DNA of 64,000 nucleotides from Candidatus Thorarchaeota archaeon (GCA_016933575.1 JAFGAR010000028.1:1-64000), one strand, 5' to 3'. Positions 8,857-19,525 are shown, counted from the stretch's first letter. Notes: a model not told the origin generated them from the sequence alone. Numbers and translations: made by a program.

Positions 8857-11277
8857 CTAAGTACCTTTCCTCTTGTACAGAACTGTGAGGACGATTAGAA
8901 GTATTATAGCACCTCCACCTCCGACAGCAAGAATCATTCCAACAGGAAGTTCACCAGGAGGAGCTTCTACTTCAATCACAACGGTGATGGATGCAGTATT
9001 ACCATAAATGTCTGATACTGAGATAATGATTGCATACTCACCAATCGCTAGAGGAGCAGTATTGGTCAGCAGTCCTGTCGAACTTATGGCAAAATGAGCA
9101 GTATCGTTGACAATCCATTCATCTATGCCAGAAGGATCAGTTGCAGTATATTGGTTGGAAACATTCTCACCATCGACTAGAGTGATACTAACAGCTCCAG
9201 AGATTGTTGGAGGTGTGAGGTCCTCAACACTTGCAGAACTAGTATTACCCATCGAGTGACCAGAGATGTGGTAGACAACTAATTCGATTGTATGTGCACC
9301 ATGAGAGAGCTGTTCAACGATTAGCTCAATATCATCGCCATCCCAAGACTCAACGCCTTCGCTTTCACCATCGATGAAGAGTTCATAGTGGGATGGATTG
9401 AGTGCATATGCTTCCCACACCATGATATTTCCAAGTTCTAAGATCTCAAACTCAATTGGGCTGGGCCGTGTCAAATCCAAGCTTCTAGATGGATAGAGAT
9501 CTTGATTGTCAATACCAGTGTCTGTTGTGATGTTGTAATATCCAGTGTAGTTATAGTTATGCCAGTGATTACCAATGTGTGTGACATCATTGTACCACTT
9601 AAGAGGACCATCTGAGAACGTGTCTTGTTCCCAGGCATTCATAGTATTCCAGCCAATATCGTTCCCATAAATAGAACAATTACCACTAGCATCCATAATA
9701 ATCCCATATTCGTTATCGTAGATTATGTTACCAGTGACATTTGACCCAATATTCATGATGTCTAACCCACCCAGACATAGATAGATGACATTGTCGGAGA
9801 AGGTATTGTTATAGCATTCGTAGGACCCAATGCCGGTTTCGCAGTTATAGATCTCATTCCCGATGACCTCGTTCCAATCACCCCAGAATTCGATTCCATG
9901 GTCAACATGACCAGATATTTGATTATCGACAATACTACAATTGGAATAACCCTCAAGATAGATTCCGTAGTCGCCATTGTAATGGATTTGATTCTCAGAG
10001 ATAATGAGATTATTATAGACCACCGAAGGCGCTGATACAGGAATTTCGCTACTGCCAAACACCGAAGGCGCAGATGCAATGATTACAATACTGCCCATGT
10101 TATATGTTGCGTAGATTCCGACATCAGTATTGTTGAAGATATGATTGTTAGATATCTGAACTCTTTCAGAGTCTTCAATTGAAATTCCTGCAGGTGTGTT
10201 GTTCCAAAGTGAGTTATCAGAGATCACCCAATCCATCGCGAATCCTAGATAAATTCCGCAGATTGCATTTACAATGACTGGTTCCCAACCATTATCATAG
10301 ATATCATTTTGCAGGATGGTTCCATTGTGGGAATACATCACATCAATTCCATGATCTGCGCTACCATAGATTTCATTATCAAAGATGTAGACCCAATCCG
10401 ATAGCTCAACATAGATACCATTCCGAGTATTATCATAAATCTCGTTTCCTACGATTGAGGCGTATGGAGAACCATAAAGATGGATGCCACACATTGGACC
10501 AATGTAGAAGAAATTATTATGGATGATATTATCTTCAACTGTAAGATGGGGAGAGCTAACTGACCAGATTCCACTATTGGCACATTCTGATATATTATTA
10601 TGACTAATTGTTACAAAATGAGAATTATAGAGGTATACACCAGAGCCATAGTCTAAGAATGTCATGTTACAATTCGTTATCACTGTATTATTTGCCTCAT
10701 GGAGACCAATGCCTGTACCATAGCTATTATAGACAGTGCAGTCGTCGATTATTGACCCATCACAGTGAATAACATAGATACCCTCGTCCTCAATATCCGT
10801 AAGTGTACAACCCGTAACTGAGAGAGAGTCGATATCTTCTAGCTCCATGCCCAGATGTTTTGATTCAATTACAGTATCAACAATGGACGCCTGAGGGGCA
10901 TCGATGATACCAATCCCAAAGGATGTCCAGGCAGTGAGATCAGCTATATAGCATCCCCGTATTTCAAAGCATACAGTGACATGTTGTATCATGATACCAA
11001 TTACATCAGATGTGATATTATACCCCTCGATAATATATGGTGAACCTGGTGATCCATCTCCAGCCCAATCCTCATTGGTAGCCATTTGATCAAATGCTGT
11101 ATCGTTTAATATCCAGATTGGACCATGAGTTTCATAAGAAGGGATACTCACCTTCTTAGGATTATCAATTTGCAGAACCTTTGCTTCATTGTTAAATATT
11201 GGATTAACAGTTCCTAAGAGAAGCAAGGGTGTTACAAGTAGAATAAAAAGAATGAATGCTTTAGTGGTAGCCTTCAA
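8857..11277 (-). CDS. Surface protein with right-handed parallel beta-helix (NosD/PbH1) repeats, Ig/cadherin-like domains and C-terminal TM
   Basis: GDGS..SPYIIEGYNI start motif, GI.L..S.N..I.NN.I..N repeats, GN.W, anchor ending KRKGT. Confidence 0.85.
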   Translation of the reverse strand: MKATTKAFILFILLVTPLLLLGTVNPIFNNEAKVLQIDNPKKVSIPSYETHGPIWILNDTAFDQMATNEDWAGDGSPGSPYIIEGYNITSDVIGIMIQHVTVCFEIRGCYIADLTAWTSFGIGIIDAPQASIVDTVIESKHLGMELEDIDSLSVTGCTLTDIEDEGIYVIHCDGSIIDDCTVYNSYGTGIGLHEANNTVITNCNMTFLDYGSGVYLYNSHFVTISHNNISECANSGIWSVSSPHLTVEDNIIHNNFFYIGPMCGIHLYGSPYASIVGNEIYDNTRNGIYVELSDWVYIFDNEIYGSADHGIDVMYSHNGTILQNDIYDNGWEPVIVNAICGIYLGFAMDWVISDNSLWNNTPAGISIEDSERVQISNNHIFNNTDVGIYATYNMGSIVIIASAPSVFGSSEIPVSAPSVVYNNLIISENQIHYNGDYGIYLEGYSNCSIVDNQISGHVDHGIEFWGDWNEVIGNEIYNCETGIGSYECYNNTFSDNVIYLCLGGLDIMNIGSNVTGNIIYDNEYGIIMDASGNCSIYGNDIGWNTMNAWEQDTFSDGPLKWYNDVTHIGNHWHNYNYTGYYNITTDTGIDNQDLYPSRSLDLTRPSPIEFEILELGNIMVWEAYALNPSHYELFIDGESEGVESWDGDDIELIVEQLSHGAHTIELVVYHISGHSMGNTSSASVEDLTPPTISGAVSITLVDGENVSNQYTATDPSGIDEWIVNDTAHFAISSTGLLTNTAPLAIGEYAIIISVSDIYGNTASITVVIEVEAPPGELPVGMILAVGGGGAIILLIVLTVLYKRKGT

Positions 11278-11383
11278 AAGTTGTTCCTCCTAATCAGAGA
11301 ATATTTTGTATATTGAAACAGAAGCTTATTAGTTATCCTTTTTTCAGGGATGTTCCCCAAAGGGATAATAAACTTCAACCGTG

Positions 11384-12010
11384 TTAATTGGTACCCTTTC
11401 TCTTTCTGACGAATCGGCTAATTGCGGTGAAATAGGCTAGTACAAGCATTATCAGAAATAGAACGACAATGAAGGGATTAGTGAAGTTAGCTCCAATTAG
11501 GAAACCATGGACAAATGCAAAGGTTAGAACCACATACATTGAGCCATGGAAATATCTCCAATACTTTGGAAGTTTGGTTCGAAGAAGACTTACCAAAACA
11601 GCGGTGTATGCGAGATACAATGCGGGTCTGCCAGCTAGGCTCCAGAAAGCATACCACGATGAAAAGTCTGGTACAAAGACAAGTAGACTTGCAGCATAGA
11701 TGGAGAATACAACAGGATGAATAGTTATCGAAACCATTCCAATTGCTGCAAAATAGTGATGTATCTTCAAAAAAGGTCTGTTGAAAATCTTTCTAACATC
11801 TCGGATGTAGTTAGAAAGAATTGTGGCAAAGAACATTGAAATGTACCCGTATAATGCTCCAAAACGAACGATTGTGAGGTATGGATTAGGTTCACCAATC
11901 GATAATATGATTACTCCAACCACGATATAGACAAGCATTATTACAAGACCAATTAGATACCTTACATACTCAGAGCTTTTTGTCATTCGTTTCAACACTG
12001 ACCACAACAA
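11384..12010 (-). CDS. Ferric reductase-like transmembrane (haem b) protein
   Basis: 6 TMs with His pattern LKIHH..IHP..WRYFH..FVHG. Confidence 0.75.
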   Translation of the reverse strand: MLWSVLKRMTKSSEYVRYLIGLVIMLVYIVVGVIILSIGEPNPYLTIVRFGALYGYISMFFATILSNYIRDVRKIFNRPFLKIHHYFAAIGMVSITIHPVVFSIYAASLLVFVPDFSSWYAFWSLAGRPALYLAYTAVLVSLLRTKLPKYWRYFHGSMYVVLTFAFVHGFLIGANFTNPFIVVLFLIMLVLAYFTAISRFVRKRKGTN

Positions 12011-12150
12011 ATGATAGTATGAATATATTTCATTTGGCTGGACAATACTTGATTACAACCAAGGCTAGAATTCTGTGCTTTAAGCATAGTATTCTTTGAT
12101 AAGCTGGTCTGTGGTTCTAAGTTCCTCTGCACCGAGTTATAGTCGCTCCA

Positions 12151-13398
12151 TCATTTCTTGATTCTTTTTGTTAATGTAGATACATCCAGGAATACATCAT
12201 CTATACTTAATTCCTGAACGTTTGCAGTATTTAATGGAGGCCCTTGATCAAGATCAACTCCAGATTTATAATCAAAGACTTCACTCAGTCGAGAGTTCAG
12301 TAGTGTGAATAGCTTAGTCAACGGAAGTTCCATTGGACAGGCATCCTGACACTGACCACAATTGACACACGAATCTCCAACATGTGCTAGTCTAGTTAAT
12401 GGGAAGAGTGAACTCGGAGGAATTACTCCAGCTTCAAGGAAATCTCTGTTTGCTTCTAATAGACATGTTTCGCAGTAGCAGATTGGACAGGCATCGCGAC
12501 AACCATAGCACTTGATGCATTTCTCAAACTCCTTCACCCAATATGCGAGTCTGTCAGAGTAACTCATCTCCATTATTGGATTGAAATCAATTGCCCTTTG
12601 CTCAGTAGCTCTATCTGTCCAAATTTTGTCCGTTTCATCACGAAGCAAAATACTCTCACGTGTGGGCTTTTCTACTTTGATGTACTTCTTTTCGATTGCT
12701 CGTTCAACAAGGATTTTGCCCTTCTCCGAACAAATTTCAATAAAAGTACTTGGTGTTTCCTCTGATTCTGTACCCCACTTTCCGCAGGCAATGTCTGCAA
12801 ATGTTGGTATTTTAATTTCACATCTCCTACAGTTGTCCCTTCGTCCAAGACCTTTCTTCTCTAACTTCAAGAGATTCAATGATTTCGACTTGCCATTTTT
12901 AAGATAGATTGTGAGTTTGTCACCATCGATATCTTCTCTCACAACATCATTTGAATCAACATTAAATTCATCTCGGAAGATTCTCCGGGCAATTGCTGGT
13001 TTAATAGTACCTGTACAATTTAGACCGATAAGATAGAGATTATCAATCTCAATTTGCTTCCGTTTCTGTAATTCAATGATAGACCGAATATCACAAGGTT
13101 TCCCGACCACTGCCAACTTTTGAGTAAAACCACCTGCCAGATATTCTTTCACAAATCGAGCAATGTTGGGTATTGAGCAATGAAGGGAACCTGTTGTTTC
13201 AAGCAAATCTTCAGGTTTTGTGATAAGAACAGGAATTCCTGAGAACCTATCACCGTTCTTCGATTTTATTGCTACAACACCATCTACTAATCCTGTTTCT
13301 AGAGCGCATTTGAGTATTGATGTCACGGCTCCACTGGATTCTACTCGTTGTGATATGGTCTCATCAAGAGATCGAACTATATACATAGTGTTACTCAT
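12151..13398 (-). CDS. fdhB: Formate dehydrogenase beta subunit (FrhB/FdhB family) with 4Fe-4S dicluster
   Basis: GAVTSIL, GKPCD, IGLNC, RRDNCRRC, CIKCYGCRDACP, CVNCGQCQDACP. Confidence 0.9.
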   Translation of the reverse strand: MSNTMYIVRSLDETISQRVESSGAVTSILKCALETGLVDGVVAIKSKNGDRFSGIPVLITKPEDLLETTGSLHCSIPNIARFVKEYLAGGFTQKLAVVGKPCDIRSIIELQKRKQIEIDNLYLIGLNCTGTIKPAIARRIFRDEFNVDSNDVVREDIDGDKLTIYLKNGKSKSLNLLKLEKKGLGRRDNCRRCEIKIPTFADIACGKWGTESEETPSTFIEICSEKGKILVERAIEKKYIKVEKPTRESILLRDETDKIWTDRATEQRAIDFNPIMEMSYSDRLAYWVKEFEKCIKCYGCRDACPICYCETCLLEANRDFLEAGVIPPSSLFPLTRLAHVGDSCVNCGQCQDACPMELPLTKLFTLLNSRLSEVFDYKSGVDLDQGPPLNTANVQELSIDDVFLDVSTLTKRIKK

Positions 13399-15428
13399 TT
13401 GGAAACCTCCATCTTAACTGCACAGACTTTATACTCTGGCATTCCACAGTTTGGATCCAATACAGGATTGGTGATCTTATTTGCACAAGACTCGCTGAAA
13501 TGAAAAGGTAGAAAGACAAAACCTTCTGGAACATTATCAGTGACACGAGCCTCAGCTTCAATTCGACCACGTCTGGTAGTCAATAAAACTGTTGATCCTT
13601 CTCGAATACTCTGTAGAGCTGCGTCTTTAGGATTAATCTCGACATAAGCATCGGATACTTCAGCATCCAATTTTGGAGTCCTACGACTCATTGTTCCTGT
13701 ATGATAATGGAAAATGCTGCGTCCGGTTGAGAGTATGTAAGGATAGTCTTTGTCGGGTAACTCAGCAGGTGGAATATAATTTACGACCTGAAGATGTCCC
13801 AAACCATCTGGGGTGTTAAATTTCTCAGTGAAGAATGTACTTGTCCCAGGATGGTCCTCACTTGGACAAGGCCATTGAATACCTCCAAGAGTCTTATCTA
13901 ATCGTTCATAGGTTATACCTCTGTAGGATGGTACAACTCGTCGTATCTCCTCGAAAATCTCTTGTGGAGATGAGAAATCAAATTTCTCCTTGAAACCCAT
14001 ACGTTCGGCTACCTGAACGACAATCCACCAATCAGGTTTTGCTGTGCCAGGAGCCTCAATGAGCTGGTCAATCTTCTGGACTCTTCTGTCTACATAGGCA
14101 TGAGTGCCTTCTCTTTCAACCCAAGCACTGGCAGGTAATAGAACATCAGCCAATTGAGCTGTTTCAGTAGGAAATATATCTTGGACAATTAGCAGTTCCT
14201 TCTCCTGCAGAGACTTCTTTACATTATCAATGTCAGGGATAGCCATCATCGGATTTGTTCCGACAATCCATAGGTATTTTGTCTGTTGGATTAATTTTGT
14301 GTAGGGCAAACCAGGTTGGTCAGGAAGAGTCTGAACGCCCCAGAGTTCTGCAAACTTCTTATGAGGTTCGGCAGGTGTCCCCACTTTTTGGAATCCGGGA
14401 TAAAATACATTAAGGCATCCCATATCACCACTGCCTTCTCCATTTACCTGACCGCGTGTCGGACTCAAGCCAGTACCTGGACGACCATATTGACCAGTAA
14501 TAAGAGCCAATGTCGATAAAGCCCTAATCCCATCAGTCCCGCTAATGTGTTGATTCAACCCCTGATTGTACAAAACAGAACCTATTTTGGCTTTTGCAAA
14601 AATCTCTGCTGCGCGTTTCAACTTAGTGAGGGGAATTCCACATATCTTAGATAACTCATCTAAGTCTAATGAAGCAAGATGTGTTCGTAATTCCTCAATA
14701 CCGACTGTTCGGGTTTCAATAAATTCCTTGTTCTCAAGACCTTCATCAAGGATGATTTTCATTAGAGCATTGATAACAACAACATCGGTCCCTGATTTTA
14801 ATTGAAGGTGGACATCTGCAAGTTCTCTGGCTGTTACTGTTTTCCTCGGGTCCATCACTATTACTTTAGCTCCAGCAGCCTTTGCTCTCAGAGCTCTCTT
14901 GTACATCAGAGGAAAGGTCTCTTTCAGATTTATGCCTACAAGAAAGATACAGTCAACCTTCTCTAGATCAAGCTGAGAGATTGGCATCACTCCAGAGCCA
15001 ACAGTTGGACCAAGACCTGCTGCCGTAGAAGAATGGCAGATTCGACCACAATACTCGATGTTATTAGTTCCCATGACGACACGTGTGAACTTCTGTATGA
15101 CATAGGCATCCTCATTTGTGTTTTTCCCAGAAGCAAGCATTCCGAATTCATTGGGTCCTGCTTTTTTCAAATAGTCTGCAATGTAATCTAGAGCCTCGTT
15201 CCAACTGACTTCAACTAATCTACCGGATTTCCGTATCATGGGTGTCGTTAATCGGTCTTCAGCATAGAGAAACTGGTATGCGTTACGACCCTTAGGGCAA
15301 TTTCCCCCTTCATTGACAGGGTGATCTGATTGTGGCTCTTGATTGATGATCTTCCCATCTTCAATCACCAGATAGATCCCACATCCACAGCTACAATATG
15401 GACAGATTGCTTTTTCATACTGGATCAT
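13395..15428 (-). CDS. fdhA: Formate dehydrogenase alpha subunit (Mo/W-bisPGD; Cys-ligand form)
   Basis: CPYCSCGCG..CPKG, active-site RICHSS, molybdopterin C-terminal PEYKVCAV. Confidence 0.9.
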   Translation of the reverse strand: MIQYEKAICPYCSCGCGIYLVIEDGKIINQEPQSDHPVNEGGNCPKGRNAYQFLYAEDRLTTPMIRKSGRLVEVSWNEALDYIADYLKKAGPNEFGMLASGKNTNEDAYVIQKFTRVVMGTNNIEYCGRICHSSTAAGLGPTVGSGVMPISQLDLEKVDCIFLVGINLKETFPLMYKRALRAKAAGAKVIVMDPRKTVTARELADVHLQLKSGTDVVVINALMKIILDEGLENKEFIETRTVGIEELRTHLASLDLDELSKICGIPLTKLKRAAEIFAKAKIGSVLYNQGLNQHISGTDGIRALSTLALITGQYGRPGTGLSPTRGQVNGEGSGDMGCLNVFYPGFQKVGTPAEPHKKFAELWGVQTLPDQPGLPYTKLIQQTKYLWIVGTNPMMAIPDIDNVKKSLQEKELLIVQDIFPTETAQLADVLLPASAWVEREGTHAYVDRRVQKIDQLIEAPGTAKPDWWIVVQVAERMGFKEKFDFSSPQEIFEEIRRVVPSYRGITYERLDKTLGGIQWPCPSEDHPGTSTFFTEKFNTPDGLGHLQVVNYIPPAELPDKDYPYILSTGRSIFHYHTGTMSRRTPKLDAEVSDAYVEINPKDAALQSIREGSTVLLTTRRGRIEAEARVTDNVPEGFVFLPFHFSESCANKITNPVLDPNCGMPEYKVCAVKMEVSK

Positions 15429-15875
15429 TTAATCTCCTCCAATTGTGTTTGGTCCAAGTTCCCGTACCCTCTTTGAAAAGTCGTTGACAACAGCGGCAAA
15501 TTTCCCTCCCTCAGATGCGGATACCCATTCTAAGCGAAGTCGATCAGGTTCAATCCCAATCGTTTCAAGAAGAGTCTTCAACATCATATACCTGCGTCGT
15601 GTGTAGAGATTTCCTGTCTTGTAATGACAGTCTCCAGGATGACAACCGGCAATAAGTACACCATCAGCACCCATCAGCAATGTCTTGATCACAACAGCTG
15701 GATTAATCCTGCTTGAGCAATTCACCCGAATTGCATGTACATCAGGAGAGTATTGAAGTCTACTCGTTCCTGCCAAGTCAGCTCCTGCATAGCTACACCA
15801 ATTGCATAGAAACGCTATTATTCGAGGTTTAAAAGGCTCTTCGTGGGTTATCGTTGTTATGTCTGCTTGCTCCAT
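15429..15875 (-). CDS. mvhD: MvhD/FlpD 2Fe-2S subunit
   Basis: FLCNWCSYAGAD, RVNCS, GCHPGDCHY, WVSASEG. Confidence 0.95.
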   Translation of the reverse strand: MEQADITTITHEEPFKPRIIAFLCNWCSYAGADLAGTSRLQYSPDVHAIRVNCSSRINPAVVIKTLLMGADGVLIAGCHPGDCHYKTGNLYTRRRYMMLKTLLETIGIEPDRLRLEWVSASEGGKFAAVVNDFSKRVRELGPNTIGGD

Positions 15876-16169
15876 TGCTGCTCACTTCTCTTTTTGTTAT
15901 CAATTTTTGTTCAGAAGGATATAATGAATCAGTATTCGGTACCTGAAAATTGTCATATATTAATACATCTACTACGGAAAACGAAACAACATTAATAGTT
16001 ACATTTTGAAACTAGATTCTCCGTGCATTGATTTAAGCCCACAAGTCCAGCTAATCATATGTTCTCAAAGAAATTGCGTATTCAGAAATAGAATCCTGTC
16101 TATATGAAGGAAATTGCCCAATCGCGTAAATCTAATAGATAATTGGATATGGAAATATATCGGGATTAT

Positions 16170-17396
16170 CTAGAAAAATGATGGACCAGATTCGTATTGG
16201 TGTTTTGGAGGCTCGATATCTGCAGTATCTCTTGCTGATAAGACTTCGATAAGTCTATACTTTGATGAACCCATACCTCTAACCTCACCAAATTGTGTAA
16301 CTTTGTATGGATCTTTGTAGGGACCATGAATTAGTTGGAATGGATGCAATTTGGCTCTTAGATTTGGGTTCACTCGCATATACCGTTCTGGAATCTTCTT
16401 GAGTACAGACTCGTTGAGACCCTGTTTAGAAATTAGATCTAAAGATGCAGTATCCACAGCAACTATGTCTCTGCTTCCAACAATCCCAATATCATCAATT
16501 ACTGCAGGCATCGCCATTCCCATGCAATCGCAGAAAGGTGTGATGTCAAGTAGGAAGTTGAGATGGAAGATTTTAGATTCATCAAAACTATCAAGGATAA
16601 TCTTTGCTGCAGCTGCCATCAACTCTTGAAATGAATCAAAATTACCCTCTTGAATGGTCCATCCAGTAACACCACCATCAGCCTCAATACAGAGTTGTTT
16701 TCCACCATGACATTGATCACATTCATAGAATTCAAGTGATGCCTTCCCAGTACTATCATTCCAAGCAGGAGCCTTTCTTGGGCATGCTGTTCTAAGCTTC
16801 TCTAGATGATCCTTGGTCATTTTTGTTTCATCAAAGTACTTGTCACGTTGAACGACACCATGAATGGTCTGCCATCTAGTAGGTCCACTGTATCCTCCTA
16901 AAGCGATGTTCTTGAAAGCACCTCCATAGCCACAACTACCATGACCTTTGGAGTGTGTGAGATTGACAAGGACATCAGCATCCAATAGAGCTCCAGCAGC
17001 ATAGAGACTCTTCACTCCTTCAATGTCAACCTTTTTCTTCTGAACATAGCCATCATGCACACCTGCAACAGGGATAATTGGACATCCGCAGGTCTCTTGC
17101 GTATAACCTCGCTCAGCAGCATTATACACCGCAGTGGGATTATCACACACAAATGGAAATGCTCCCTGTTTCTTAACAGCTTCAACAACTCTTCGCACAA
17201 AAAATACTGGGACTGTCTGATATCCATCATTGAAACCTAGGTGCATCTTGACCGCAACCTTATCCCTCTTCTTAATCGTACTCAAGTCAAGAAGCTCTAG
17301 TATCTTGTCGAGTTTTTCACTCATATTGGCAAAACGGGATGTGACTCCAGATATGGTGGATCCAAAGTAGACTTCTGGTTCCGATGTCATTTCCAT
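16170..17396 (-). CDS. DUF362 Fe-S protein, copy 1
   Basis: VAVKMHLG, HSKGH..GYGGAFKN..LG, DITPFCDC, D.VAVD.AS. Confidence 0.85.
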   Translation of the reverse strand: MEMTSEPEVYFGSTISGVTSRFANMSEKLDKILELLDLSTIKKRDKVAVKMHLGFNDGYQTVPVFFVRRVVEAVKKQGAFPFVCDNPTAVYNAAERGYTQETCGCPIIPVAGVHDGYVQKKKVDIEGVKSLYAAGALLDADVLVNLTHSKGHGSCGYGGAFKNIALGGYSGPTRWQTIHGVVQRDKYFDETKMTKDHLEKLRTACPRKAPAWNDSTGKASLEFYECDQCHGGKQLCIEADGGVTGWTIQEGNFDSFQELMAAAAKIILDSFDESKIFHLNFLLDITPFCDCMGMAMPAVIDDIGIVGSRDIVAVDTASLDLISKQGLNESVLKKIPERYMRVNPNLRAKLHPFQLIHGPYKDPYKVTQFGEVRGMGSSKYRLIEVLSARDTADIEPPKHQYESGPSFF

Positions 17397-17557
17397 TCCT
17401 CTTCAGTTCATGTAACAAAATATGTTACCTGCAATGGTTTGTTGATTGAACCATATAAGTATGACTGTCTGCATAATTGCCAAGAAACATCGTGAATCTT
17501 CCATAGAGATAGCATTTGCGTTCTACATTCAACTAATAACTCAGTTCGGAAAATGGA

Positions 17558-18082
17558 TTGGTTATGGACGCACTGGAAGCAATTTACACAAGACGAAGTA
17601 TACGCAAGTTCGTTATGAAGGAAATTCCTGATGATGATGTAACTAAAATTTTGAAGGCAGGCATGTCGGCTCCAACAGCTGGCAATCAGAAACCATGGCA
17701 ATTTATCGTACTCAGAGAGAGAACTGCATTTGAACAGGTCATTGAAGCCAATCCATATTCAAAGCAGATGCTACCTGACGTCCCTGTAGCGATAATGGTC
17801 TGTTTTGACAAGAATCGAGAGAAATACGAGAATCGATGGCAGATGGACTGCGCAAATGCAACATTGAGTATGTTACTTGCTACTCATGGTTTAGGGTATG
17901 GGGGACTTTGGCTTGAGATATACCCGGTTCAAGAGCGTATCAAGATGATACAGAAATCATTTGGAATTCCCGAGTCAGTGATTCCGTTTGCATTGGTCGC
18001 AGTTGGTCACGCAGCTGAGATGAAGTCATATGTTGAGAAGTACGATGAGAGTATTATCCATTATAATAGATGGAAAGAGTGA
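17558..18082 (+). CDS. Nitroreductase family protein
   Basis: IYTRRSIRKF, APTAGNQKPWQF, LA.HGLGYG..W. Confidence 0.9.
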   Translation: MVMDALEAIYTRRSIRKFVMKEIPDDDVTKILKAGMSAPTAGNQKPWQFIVLRERTAFEQVIEANPYSKQMLPDVPVAIMVCFDKNREKYENRWQMDCANATLSMLLATHGLGYGGLWLEIYPVQERIKMIQKSFGIPESVIPFALVAVGHAAEMKSYVEKYDESIIHYNRWKE

Positions 18083-18118
18083 ATTTGGATAACAAGCAAG
18101 AGAGCCTTGAGAAGACTT

Positions 18119-19009
18119 TCATGATTTGTATTCTTTGACATATTTGTCAGCACATTCATTCGAGCAGAATGACTGAGTCTTCTTCTCGACCTCACGGAAG
18201 ATCATAGAACTAGGTAGGATTGGATCCCCACAATATGAACAGACACTGTTCATATCAGGAGTGGGTCCACAACAGGGAGTGAGAACAATCCCTTTGATCT
18301 CACGTTGTATTATAATGAACTCTTCATTATCTGAGAGGAAAATATACGAGAGACCCTGTAGGAAATCACTTAGAGCTGTTGATTCGACATCTACTTCTTT
18401 GAGATGCATTGCTAGATACTCCATAGCTTCATCGACCATCTCAATCTGTCGTATCATTAGATCTTCAAGATGATGCCAGTTCTTGTCACTGAGTTCAATC
18501 TCAAGACCCTCTCGGAAGATCTTGAGATATGTATCAACAACATCTCCACTCATCTTCGAATCAACTACGACAAACACTTTCGCCGTCCGTCTATAATAGA
18601 CACCACGCTTGCTTTTACTATCACCTTCATCTCTAGTTGCGAATTCTTCCACTAGACCCTGTTCTACGAGTTTTGGTAAATGGTAATAGCAATTATACTT
18701 TGAGACTTCAATCTCTGGTAGGTATTGCTCAACATTAGCAACAATCTCGGGGACTGTCAACCAGAAGCGTTGTGTCTTCTTCTCTTCGACAACAGTTGTT
18801 CTGACCTTCGTACCATCAGGTCGAGTCGTCTCTTCAGAGGTCGTATTCTCTTCAATGACCTCTTTTCCATATCTCAAAGCAACAAGAATGGCACGTCGTA
18901 TTGGATCAATAAAAGACTCAACAAGTTCGGGGTCAGTAACGGGAACATAACTACGCACCTTTGTGTCAGGTAGCTCGGATAGCGATTCATAAGACAAGGA
19001 AACCACCAT
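18119..19009 (-). CDS. Winged-HTH (ArsR-like) regulator with C-terminal TRASH/YHS-type metal-binding domain
   Basis: DPIRRAIL, YYHL.KL.E.GLV, YYRRTAKVF; C-terminal CSYCG..FCSNEC. Confidence 0.7.
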   Translation of the reverse strand: MVVSLSYESLSELPDTKVRSYVPVTDPELVESFIDPIRRAILVALRYGKEVIEENTTSEETTRPDGTKVRTTVVEEKKTQRFWLTVPEIVANVEQYLPEIEVSKYNCYYHLPKLVEQGLVEEFATRDEGDSKSKRGVYYRRTAKVFVVVDSKMSGDVVDTYLKIFREGLEIELSDKNWHHLEDLMIRQIEMVDEAMEYLAMHLKEVDVESTALSDFLQGLSYIFLSDNEEFIIIQREIKGIVLTPCCGPTPDMNSVCSYCGDPILPSSMIFREVEKKTQSFCSNECADKYVKEYKS

Positions 19010-19080
19010 TTGTGTATCATGTGCACTTGATAATGTCTATTGTTTGTTTTGTGAACTTATATTACTTTCTCTCGATGTTA

Positions 19081-19138
19081 TGTATAATATTTACACCTAT
19101 AATCCATAAGTTTATATGCTAGTGTAATATTTACACTA
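19081..19138. promoter_or_regulatory. TATA box flanked by operator palindromes
   Basis: TTTATATG at 19111-19118; perfect TAGTGTAA-TAT-TTACACTA at 19120-19138; partial copy at 19081-19096. Confidence 0.7.
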
Positions 19139-19147
19139 ATAGATGCA

Positions 19148-19525
19148 ATGGTTTGCATAAAGTAAACTAATTGCAAAGAGGCGATAGATATGGCGCTTAC
19201 AATTAGAAAAAGAAATACAAAGAACGATTGGAGATTTGAAGAGAGAAACAACTCTATCGATATGGCTTATGTCTACGCCCGTGGCGTAAACGGAGTCACA
19301 AGGTAGATTTCATGTATCTCTATCTCCCGCGGTAACATGAAACTACTGGATGGCACACACTCAGATCTCTCTGGGTGGGTGTCATTCGTAATCTCTTTTT
19401 AATCTCAAGACTTTTGTCAAAGGCATTCTATTCTTGTAACAATGTCTTTTTCCAAGTAGTTCCAGTATTAGTATATGCACAGATTCAAGCATCGTATTAA
19501 CAACATGGAGAGACTCAATCGATTA
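19148..19525 (+). repeat. Duplicated small-ORF/hairpin element, copy 1
   Basis: Near-identical to 22548-22922 in two blocks. Confidence 0.85.
19190..19306 (+). CDS. Putative 38-aa peptide MALTIRKRNTKNDWRFEERNNSIDMAYVYARGVNGVTR
   Basis: ATG after RBS-like GAGGCG, downstream of TATA/operator, followed by hairpins and T-tract; frame also open in copy 2. Confidence 0.45.
   Translation: MALTIRKRNTKNDWRFEERNNSIDMAYVYARGVNGVTR

Noticed and set aside
13395-15875. Selenocysteine in FdhA or MvhD (and in HdrA at 45075-52297)
   Set aside because: Reading frames are open with Cys codons at the relevant positions; no SECIS-like fold noticed
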